From the NCBI GenBank assembly GCA_004213405.1, contig SGYR01000003.1:4925-68924 (forward strand): a DNA stretch of 64,000 nucleotides, written 5' to 3'. This DNA comes from Candidatus Actinomarinales bacterium. Lineage in GTDB: Bacteria > Actinomycetota > Acidimicrobiia > Actinomarinales > Actinomarinaceae. Numbering within the stretch: the stretch's first letter is position 1; the number at the start of each line of letters is the position of its first letter. The translations under genes and the position numbers were made by a program. Shown piece by piece: positions 18,647 to 25,982 of this stretch. Under the pieces are notes generated by a model. The model was given only the letters and a program-made list of their open reading frames with translations. It searched no databases and was not told the origin of the DNA.

Positions 18647-19552
18647 ATAAAATCCGAATATAAGTTATCAGCAAACGCAGGATTAATAAATATAGTAATA
18701 ATTGGAATTTTATTTGGATTTCATGGTTTGCTAAATAGAAGTTTATTAGTAGATGGTGTAAATGAAATTTTTATTGTTACTACAAGAATATCGCTAGTCA
18801 CTTTTTTACTTACTATTTACTGTGCTAAAGAATTCTTTTCTGAAATCAATAAAGAGTACTTTTTGAAAGGAACTTTAACTGGTTTTTTAGCAATTACTAT
18901 TCCTGGGTGGACTTTTATCTATGCTTTAAAAAGCATCTCTTCAGGTCTTCAAAGTATTTTTATTTCAACAATTCCTATGTTTACAGTCTTCTGGGTTTTT
19001 CTTTTTTATAAAGAAGAAAAAATTACACGACTTAAAGTTATTTCGGTATTTATAGGTCTTAGTGGACTAATTTTACTTTTTGCCTCTGGAGCTACTGGTC
19101 TATCAAATGATGGAGATCTCGTAACTGGAGGATTGCTATCACTTATTGGTGTACAGGGGCTTGCATTAAGCCATATTACAAATAAAAAAGACTCTCAATA
19201 CATTCCTGCGAGAACTTATCTTTTAGCTCAATGGATAGCAAGCACAGCTTTTTCTTTAATTTTGTTTTTAATTCTTGGAGGGGAAGTTGAAATTTTAAAT
19301 CGTTCTCAGACCCTAAGGTTATCTGGCTTAGTTTTTATAGACATCTTTAACTACTCTCTTTTCTTTTATACAATTAAAAGACTTTCGGCTACGTTTACAA
19401 CTCTGGTTGATTATGTTGTGCCAATAGTAGGAATTTATATTGGCTATATTTTTCTGGATGAATTAATTAATAATATCTTTTTTATAACATTATTTTTTAT
19501 ATTTATTTCACTTTACTTAGCAGTTAAGGATGAGGCTCGGAGTCTTGATTAA
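18647..19552 (+). CDS. EamA/DMT-family transporter, probable non-canonical ATA start
   Basis: The ORF-track TTG start (18728) would remove TM1. The frame is open from 18623 and encodes ...KSEYKLSANAGLINIVIIGILFGFHG. GGAGAG lies 5 nt upstream of ATA 18647. The exact start is uncertain. Confidence 0.7.
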   Translation: MKSEYKLSANAGLINIVIIGILFGFHGLLNRSLLVDGVNEIFIVTTRISLVTFLLTIYCAKEFFSEINKEYFLKGTLTGFLAITIPGWTFIYALKSISSGLQSIFISTIPMFTVFWVFLFYKEEKITRLKVISVFIGLSGLILLFASGATGLSNDGDLVTGGLLSLIGVQGLALSHITNKKDSQYIPARTYLLAQWIASTAFSLILFLILGGEVEILNRSQTLRLSGLVFIDIFNYSLFFYTIKRLSATFTTLVDYVVPIVGIYIGYIFLDELINNIFFITLFFIFISLYLAVKDEARSLD

Positions 19553-20075
19553 AATCTAAATCGAGATTTAATATATTTCTAATCATTTTTGCAGTTGCAC
19601 CCCATAAAATTTCGTTATCAATATGAAAAATCCAATCATTTGGATACAGACCTCTGTATACCCAATTTTTTTCTAACTTTAGATCATCAATTGATGCGTA
19701 TAAAACTTTTTGTACTTCATCTTTGTTGAACTTTTTTGGTTTATTTTCTAACAAGCAGAGAATAGGGTGAACTTCAAATTTGTACTCTACTGTGTCAATA
19801 GAGTCTATGTAGCCAAATGGAGTGATCAAATTATCAGATATCAATAATTCCTCCGTGGCTTCACGCACTGCGGTATGAATAATGCTTGTATCATTTTTTT
19901 CTTTTTTTCCACCAGGAAACGCTATATGTCCCTTGTGTGTAGGCATGTTTTCTGATCGCTTTATAAACAGAATTTCAACTTCATCAAAAAATAAAACAGC
20001 TACCGAAGCATAATTATTTTTTGAGTTTTCAACAGTATTATCTAATTTTTTATAAACTAATTTATTTTTTACCAA
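19524..20075 (-). CDS. NUDIX hydrolase, CoA pyrophosphatase-like
   Basis: Nudix box GGKKEKNDTSIIHTAVREATEEL preceded by a LFIKRSENMPTHKGHIAFPGG CoAse-type motif. Confidence 0.85.
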   Translation of the reverse strand: MVKNKLVYKKLDNTVENSKNNYASVAVLFFDEVEILFIKRSENMPTHKGHIAFPGGKKEKNDTSIIHTAVREATEELLISDNLITPFGYIDSIDTVEYKFEVHPILCLLENKPKKFNKDEVQKVLYASIDDLKLEKNWVYRGLYPNDWIFHIDNEILWGATAKMIRNILNLDLDFNQDSEPHP

Positions 20076-20076
20076 T

Positions 20077-20790
20077 TTATTTTTGTTTTGCGACCAAATC
20101 TACTGTCAAACCTATTGGATTTAAAACTTCCCATGCATTAAATTTTGTTGGAGCATCAAAACCAAACCAAGTAGTGTCGATTTCTGAGAACCCTTGAATA
20201 CGTATTTCATCACCCACAAGTGATGCTGTTATAGAAAACGGTGTATCTAACTCTATTTCTCTAATTGACAATTTACCAACTACTGTATCTTCAACTTTAG
20301 AATCAAAATTTTTATTTGGAATAACCAATTCATCTATCTTAAATACAGCCTCTGGAAATAATTTTGATTCAAGCCACTGAGATTTAATTGCTGAATCCCT
20401 AATTGAGTTATTGCTTTTTAGGGTAGAGATATCAACACGAATCAACAAATTTGTTATGTATAGACAAGAATCGGATTGGTCGCATTCAGATAGTTCAAGA
20501 GTGAATTCTCCAATAATCTCACTTGTAACACCTTCTACTGTTTCAAGGCCAGAGTTCAAAAATTGCTTGGGGGCTAAATAGCCTACCTTGCTTTTGTCTT
20601 TTAGAATTTCATAGACTGTACCCTCAAAAGAATCTAATTGTACAATTTCAGTAGTAGTTGTAGATTCCTCTTCTGTAACAACGATTACTTCTGTTGTGTC
20701 AGTACTAATAGCTTCAGGTTGAGGTGTTTCTTCAGAATTATCACCACAAAAAACAAATAGTAGGAATAAAACAATAAAATATTTTTTCAT
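20077..20790 (-). CDS. secreted/lipoprotein-like YceI-family protein
   Basis: Signal peptide MKKYFIVLFLLFVFCG. The central region STLKSNNSIRDSAIKSQWLESKLFPEAVF resembles the YceI motif. Confidence 0.65.
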   Translation of the reverse strand: MKKYFIVLFLLFVFCGDNSEETPQPEAISTDTTEVIVVTEEESTTTTEIVQLDSFEGTVYEILKDKSKVGYLAPKQFLNSGLETVEGVTSEIIGEFTLELSECDQSDSCLYITNLLIRVDISTLKSNNSIRDSAIKSQWLESKLFPEAVFKIDELVIPNKNFDSKVEDTVVGKLSIREIELDTPFSITASLVGDEIRIQGFSEIDTTWFGFDAPTKFNAWEVLNPIGLTVDLVAKQK

Positions 20791-20859
20791 TTTACTAATT
20801 TTAATGATATTTATTTTAATTATTTGATATCAACACAATTCTTTTTTTAAAATACAAAT

Positions 20860-21588
20860 ATGAAAACTAAAGTCACAATTCCTATTTTCATCAGAACATT
20901 TTTGCTATTTCCTATTTTTATGATATTTGTATTAATTCCAATAATGCTTCTAATAATCGTTGCTTCTTTTTTACCTTATGGGAAATTAATAGCAACAAAG
21001 ATTTATGAATTTTTTGGTTGGGTTGGGCTTAAATTTGTAGGTATAAAACTTATTGTTATTGGTGCTGAAAAAATAGATTTAAATAAAAGTTATGTTGTAG
21101 TTTCAAATCATCCCTCTACTTTAGATATTTTTACACATATAACCGCTTTACCCGTCTCAATAAGGTTTCTAACAAAAACTGAGCTATTTAGGATTCCAGT
21201 GTTTGGAAGAGTATTAAAAGTTTTAGGACTACCTCGAATAGATAGAAAAAATGCCAGCGCAAATTTTGAAAAAATTAATGACTCTATATCAAAAGTAATT
21301 AATAACAAGAACTCTATAATGATTTTCCCTGAAGGAAAAAGAAGTAACCAAAAAGATCTCCTCCCCTTTAAAAAAGGAGCTGCTTACATATCAAAAGATT
21401 TTCATTTACCTATTGTTCCAGTAGTTACTCATAATGCACATAATCTTATGAAAAAAGGAGAGGTTTGGTTGAGAAGTGGTGAAATAACTATTGAAATATT
21501 AAACCCAATTGATAACACCGAAGAAATTTCTGTAGAAGAATTAACAACAAAAATTTATAACCTAATCGATGAAAAACTAAAACTCTAA
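20860..21588 (+). CDS. plsC: 1-acyl-sn-glycerol-3-phosphate acyltransferase
   Basis: HX4D motif SNHPSTLD and FPEGKRS motif. N-terminal TM anchor. Confidence 0.88.
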   Translation: MKTKVTIPIFIRTFLLFPIFMIFVLIPIMLLIIVASFLPYGKLIATKIYEFFGWVGLKFVGIKLIVIGAEKIDLNKSYVVVSNHPSTLDIFTHITALPVSIRFLTKTELFRIPVFGRVLKVLGLPRIDRKNASANFEKINDSISKVINNKNSIMIFPEGKRSNQKDLLPFKKGAAYISKDFHLPIVPVVTHNAHNLMKKGEVWLRSGEITIEILNPIDNTEEISVEELTTKIYNLIDEKLKL

Positions 21589-22122
21589 AAATCTATTTAC
21601 ATAATGTGTAATATTTTGAAAAACTGTTTGATTCTCGTCAATTGGGGTATCTTGTTGGTGTTCCTTATTTGTAATCAAATGAAATTCTTCAAAAACTCTT
21701 AATCCATAATTCATTAATTGCGCACTAAGTATGTTAAAAGCATTTTGAGCATTTCCACCACCACCTCTTACTGATGTAATGACACCTACTGTTTTATCTT
21801 TAAACAGTGAATTATATCTATTTTCATCGTAAGCAAGTGATAACCAATCAAGAGTATTTTTTAAATGTGCCAAAAATCCTCCATTGTAAACTGGACTAAA
21901 AATAATAATCTTATCTGCACTTTCTAGAGATTTTCTAATTTCTAATATTTTTTTAGGAACATCTTTTTGGTTGTTTAGCAAAAATGGAATATTTTCATAA
22001 AGATTTTCATGAATTTCATTAGGCACAGCCTTTTCATCTAGAAATTTGTTTAACTTTTTTGCTAATTTGGTATTGTTTGAATCTTCACTAACTCCTGCGC
22101 TAAGAATTAATAATTTTGACAT
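21577..22122 (-). CDS. NAD(P)H-dependent FMN reductase family oxidoreductase
   Basis: 181 aa flavodoxin-like fold. IIFSPVYNGGFLAHLKNTLDWLS is typical of the family. Confidence 0.75.
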   Translation of the reverse strand: MSKLLILSAGVSEDSNNTKLAKKLNKFLDEKAVPNEIHENLYENIPFLLNNQKDVPKKILEIRKSLESADKIIIFSPVYNGGFLAHLKNTLDWLSLAYDENRYNSLFKDKTVGVITSVRGGGGNAQNAFNILSAQLMNYGLRVFEEFHLITNKEHQQDTPIDENQTVFQNITHYVNRFLEF

Positions 22123-22150
22123 GAGATAAGTATGTAATTATGTTTGTTAT

Positions 22151-22486
22151 ATGGAAAGTGATAAATCAACTAATTTTTTTGAATTAGATATTCGTGTCGG
22201 AAAAATAATTAATGCAGAAATTTTCGAAGAAGCTAAAAAACCAGCATACAAACTGACGATTGATTTTGGTGATTTAATTGGCACTAAAAAGACCAGTGCA
22301 CAGATAACAAACTATAAATTAGATGAACTTCATGATAAGCCTTGTATAGCAGTTATAAATCTTGGAAATAAACAAATAGGACCATTTATGAGCGAGTGCT
22401 TAGTTTTAGGATCAATTTCTGAAAATGGAGATGTACTATTGCTTCAGCCATCCGACAAAGCAGAGCTTGGAGACAAGGTTTCCTAA
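22151..22486 (+). CDS. csaA: tRNA-binding domain protein (CsaA/EMAP-like)
   Basis: 111 aa. LDIRVGKIINAE...KKPAYKLTIDFG...GPFMSECLVLG matches CsaA. Confidence 0.85.
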   Translation: MESDKSTNFFELDIRVGKIINAEIFEEAKKPAYKLTIDFGDLIGTKKTSAQITNYKLDELHDKPCIAVINLGNKQIGPFMSECLVLGSISENGDVLLLQPSDKAELGDKVS

Positions 22487-22956
22487 CCTATTTTATTTTC
22501 AAAATACTTAGGATAAAATGTACCAACTCTTCTTCCAAGTTTTTCACCTTCATTATTAATCAATACATATGTTGGAGTATTGTTTAAGTTATATATATCT
22601 ATAAACTCATGATCTTTTTGCTTACTTGCATTTATAGAAACAAAATAGACATCTGGATTTTTCTTTTTAAATTCATCAACTATGAACTTTGAAGCAGTGC
22701 AACCTAGTCAGTAGTCTGAGTAAAACTCAATTATTGAGTATTGGTAATCTGAAATGTTATAAGAGTCATCAACCATACTTCTATTTGATGTATAAAGAAT
22801 AAGGAATCCAAATATACCCAAAACAAATAAACTAAGAAAATAAAGAACAGTTATTGGCTCATAAGCAATAAAAATGATAGCGAGTCCGATAACCCATCCC
22901 GTGGGAAGATAGAGCAAACTATACCTGTTTAATATTCTAAGAAACTTTTTTTTCAT
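22483..22956 (-). CDS. membrane-anchored thioredoxin-fold protein with in-frame TGA at the CXXC position (selenocysteine candidate, or pseudogene)
   Basis: The ORF-track piece ends ...IIEFYSDY-TGA (22710-22708). The same frame continues for 74 codons (LGCTASKF...NNTPTYVLINNEGEKLGRRVG...) to TAG at 22485-22483. Joined, it reads as a Trx fold with U-L-G-C in place of CXXC. Start taken at ATG 22956 (MKKKFLRIL). Confidence 0.6.
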
Positions 22957-22990
22957 ATTTTCGCCCGCCAAACATATAATATACTTGAAT

Positions 22991-23401
22991 ATGGATTTCG
23001 TTAATGAATTACGAAAAAGAGGTAAAAGAATAACTAATGCAAGAGAAGTTGTTTGCAAAATTCTTGAAACATCTGGGCATAAACACTTTACTGTTGAAGA
23101 GCTACATAAACTTTCATTAAAAAAAGATAAAAATATTGACTTAGCTACTGTTTATAGAACTCTAGAACTTTTAGAAAATATAAATCTAATTGAACATTCC
23201 CACCAGGTACACGGGTCAGGATTATATTTTGTAAAAGATGTATATTCAAATATACATATTGTTTGTGAGTCATGTGGAGACATTTCAGATCTTGATATAA
23301 AAACATCCAAAAAAGTAAATGATCTAATAACTAGTAAAACAAATTTTAGAGAGATAACAAATCACTTCGTATACTCGGGATATTGCAAAAAATGTAAATA
23401 A
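22991..23401 (+). CDS. Fur-family metalloregulator (Nur/Zur/Fur-like)
   Basis: Winged-helix motif ATVYRTLELLE, then CESCG and CKKCK zinc-site pairs. TATAAT lies 10 nt upstream of the ATG; the TTG at 22985 is also possible. Confidence 0.88.
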   Translation: MDFVNELRKRGKRITNAREVVCKILETSGHKHFTVEELHKLSLKKDKNIDLATVYRTLELLENINLIEHSHQVHGSGLYFVKDVYSNIHIVCESCGDISDLDIKTSKKVNDLITSKTNFREITNHFVYSGYCKKCK

Positions 23402-23410
23402 ATCTTTTAT

Positions 23411-23425
23411 TGCAAATAATTTGCA
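23411..23425. promoter_or_regulatory. perfect 7-1-7 inverted repeat TGCAAAT-A-ATTTGCA, candidate Fur/Nur-type operator
   Basis: Lies in the 39-nt gap between the Fur-family gene and cbiQ, 15 nt upstream of the cbiQ ATG. Has Fur-box 7-1-7 architecture and can also be read as TTGCAA-N5-TTGCAT. Confidence 0.6.
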
Positions 23426-23440
23426 TTAAGATATAAAAAT

Positions 23441-24205
23441 ATGGAAACATCCCATTCTCATCATTTAGAAACTCATAGCGACTCGTATTTAGTAAAAATT
23501 AAACCTGAAATAAAATTACTTTCCTTTTTTGCAATTATTCTCTCTATTGCCTTTTTGAGTTTAGAAAACAATGTTTCGGTTGTACTTCAAGCAGTAATAG
23601 TTGCGGGTTTATTGATTGTTTCAAGATTACAACTTAAAACATATTTAAAAAGACTTTCAATAGATATACCATTTATATTGTTCGCCTTATTTTTACCATT
23701 TGTGAGTAAAGGGAGTGGAGAAGTCTTAACAAGTTTTTTTAATTTCAGTATTTATAAGACTGGAGTTGATGAAATGATATCAATTCTGATAAAAATTACT
23801 CTTTGTGTTACATTGGCAATTGTTCTTACTGCGACAACGTCAAATATCGAAATAATATATGGATTACAGAAACTTAAAGTATCACCTTTGTTAATTTCTA
23901 TATTTTCTTTTGCAATTAGATATATTGATGTATTCATTGACGAGGTAAAAAGAGTAAAAATATCAATGCGCTCTAGAGGTTATTCTGAAAAAGGAATAAA
24001 AACACTTAAGCCCCTTGCTTTTGCATCTGGTGCCTTATTGATTAGGGGGTATGAAAGAGGAGAAAGGGTTTATAATTCTATGATTTCTAGAGGCTTTAAA
24101 GGAACGTTAAAGCTAGAGGCACGAGAGTTTAATTCATCTAATTTAATTCTTCTAATTTCTATATTTTCAATTGTAATTTGTATTGTAGATAGGTTTGTTT
24201 TATGA
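23441..24205 (+). CDS. cbiQ: ECF transporter transmembrane (T) component, CbiQ-like
   Basis: 254 aa polytopic protein with an SMRSRGY (Ala-Arg-Gly-type) coupling motif. His-rich N-terminus METSHSHHLETH. Confidence 0.85.
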   Translation: METSHSHHLETHSDSYLVKIKPEIKLLSFFAIILSIAFLSLENNVSVVLQAVIVAGLLIVSRLQLKTYLKRLSIDIPFILFALFLPFVSKGSGEVLTSFFNFSIYKTGVDEMISILIKITLCVTLAIVLTATTSNIEIIYGLQKLKVSPLLISIFSFAIRYIDVFIDEVKRVKISMRSRGYSEKGIKTLKPLAFASGALLIRGYERGERVYNSMISRGFKGTLKLEAREFNSSNLILLISIFSIVICIVDRFVL

Positions 24206-24948
24206 ATCAGGAATACCTCAATGTAGATAACTTAAGTTTTGAATATCCAGATGGATTTAAAGCTCTTGAAAATATAAATCTAAGTTTATCAAAAGGTGAA
24301 AGGCTTGCTGTATTAGGCCCTAATGGAGCAGGTAAAACTACCCTTATTCTTCATTTGAACGGGATTCTAGGTGATTTAAAAGGACAAATTACATTAAATA
24401 ATAAAGATTTTTCCGAAGAAAATATTTCAAAAATTAGAAAATCTGTAGGTTTAGTTTTCCAGGATCCTGATGATCAACTATTTATGCCAACCGTGTTAGA
24501 AGATGTAATGTTTGGACCAAAAAATTTTGGATTCAGTGATGAGTTAGTGAAGAAAAATTCAATCAACGCACTCGAACAAGTTAAGATGTTACAGTTTAAA
24601 GACAAACCACCACACCATTTAAGCTTTGGTCAAAAAAGAAAAGTGGCAATAGCAAGTGTTCTGGCTTCAGAGCCTGAATTACTAGTTTTAGATGAACCTA
24701 GTTCAAATTTAGATCCTGCTTCTAGGAGGGAACTAATAGATATACTTAAAAATTTAGATGTATCAATTATCCTTGTTACGCATGATTTACCAATGGCATT
24801 GGAAATTTGTAATAGAAGTGTAATTTTAAACAACGGTAAAATTACTGCAGATGATGACACTTATAAAATTCTTAAAAACGAAAAAATTATGTCAGACAAC
24901 AGGTTGGAATTACCTTTTGGATTTGCCCTTCATCATTTAGAAGAGTGA
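24202..24948 (+). CDS. cbiO: ECF transporter ATPase (A) component, CbiO-like
   Basis: Walker A GPNGAGKTT, LSFGQKRKVAIASVL, LVLDEPSSNLD. ATGA overlap with cbiQ. Confidence 0.9.
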   Translation: MNQEYLNVDNLSFEYPDGFKALENINLSLSKGERLAVLGPNGAGKTTLILHLNGILGDLKGQITLNNKDFSEENISKIRKSVGLVFQDPDDQLFMPTVLEDVMFGPKNFGFSDELVKKNSINALEQVKMLQFKDKPPHHLSFGQKRKVAIASVLASEPELLVLDEPSSNLDPASRRELIDILKNLDVSIILVTHDLPMALEICNRSVILNNGKITADDDTYKILKNEKIMSDNRLELPFGFALHHLEE

Positions 24949-25946
24949 AATTCTGAGGACTTAATATATTCAGCTATGTTATCAATAGCGTCAAATGCTT
25001 CCTTAATTGGAAAAAAGTGCCATGCATGCCAAAGCTTATCCCATGTTTGAAGTTGTACATTTGTATTCTTATCTCTTAATTTTTTCACAAATTCAATTGC
25101 ATCATTGTAAAGTAATTCATCAGAACAGACTTGAATCAAAGTATCTGGAAAATTATTAATATCTGCATAAACTGGTGACAGTATTGGGTTATGAGTACCA
25201 TACTCTCCTGCATAAAACTCTCCAACCTCAAACATTCCATCAATAATTATTGTTACGTCTCTGTTTTTAAGAAATCTTTTGTCTTGGAACCCATCTGACA
25301 AATCAAGCCAAGGTGAGAGCAAAATGAGGTTGTCAGGATTGTATACAAACCCATCATCTACCACAAGGCCTGTAGCTAGGCCTCCCCCAGCTGACTCGCC
25401 CATCCAAATCGATTGTTCGTCTTTGTGAAGGTTGTCAATAATTTCTATAGCTATCTTTGCATCTTCATGGGCAGCAGGAAAATTATGTTCTGGACTGAGC
25501 CTATATTCAAAAAAATAAGTTACTAAATTAGATTTTTGAGAAACGATTGAAACAAAATTTTTATGGGATTTAATACTTCCTGCAAAATAACCTCCTCCAT
25601 GAAAATAAACACCATACTTTCCAGTCTCCGCATTTTTTGGAGTGAATTTATAAATTTTTACAGGAGAGTCTTCTAGTTCCTCCATTAGAACTTCATCATT
25701 AAAAGATAAAATTCTTTCACCTGAATTATTTAGATTTGCTCTTGAATCAATAGCATAATTTAAACGATCTTGAAATGAAGGATTTTTTTTCGTTACATCG
25801 AGCCTAATTCGATCACGGACTTTTCGAAGTTTTAATATGTTTACATATAGTGGTGTTCTTATAAATAGAGGGAGCTTTGGAATGATCTCAATTGTAAATT
25901 TTTCAAGAACTAAAGCTAAAAAACTTGCCATGATTAAATTATACAC
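24933..25946 (-). CDS. alpha/beta hydrolase, HSL-family esterase/lipase
   Basis: Oxyanion motif HGGGY and nucleophile elbow GESAGGG. Confidence 0.8.
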   Translation of the reverse strand: MYNLIMASFLALVLEKFTIEIIPKLPLFIRTPLYVNILKLRKVRDRIRLDVTKKNPSFQDRLNYAIDSRANLNNSGERILSFNDEVLMEELEDSPVKIYKFTPKNAETGKYGVYFHGGGYFAGSIKSHKNFVSIVSQKSNLVTYFFEYRLSPEHNFPAAHEDAKIAIEIIDNLHKDEQSIWMGESAGGGLATGLVVDDGFVYNPDNLILLSPWLDLSDGFQDKRFLKNRDVTIIIDGMFEVGEFYAGEYGTHNPILSPVYADINNFPDTLIQVCSDELLYNDAIEFVKKLRDKNTNVQLQTWDKLWHAWHFFPIKEAFDAIDNIAEYIKSSEFHSSK

Positions 25947-25982
25947 CTTTAGTTGTTTACAAAAAAAATATATAATAGATTC

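Noticed and set aside
18728-18730. TTG as the start of the EamA transporter
   Set aside because: It would delete the first transmembrane helix, which is encoded in frame upstream. An upstream ATA preceded by GGAGAG is more plausible, although unproven.
22708-22710. TGA reassigned to Trp or Gly (genetic code 4 or 25) as the explanation for the interrupted Trx-fold gene
   Set aside because: TGA terminates many well-defined genes in this window at their expected lengths: acyl-CoA synthetase, livF, sdhC, sdhB, rimI, rpsH and infA.
22957-23058. Upstream ATG (23058) as the start of the Trx-fold membrane protein
   Set aside because: It would overlap the divergent Fur-family gene by about 70 nt and add a non-hydrophobic, unconserved-looking extension. 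The internal MKKKFLRIL start at 22956 fits a signal-anchor N-terminus.
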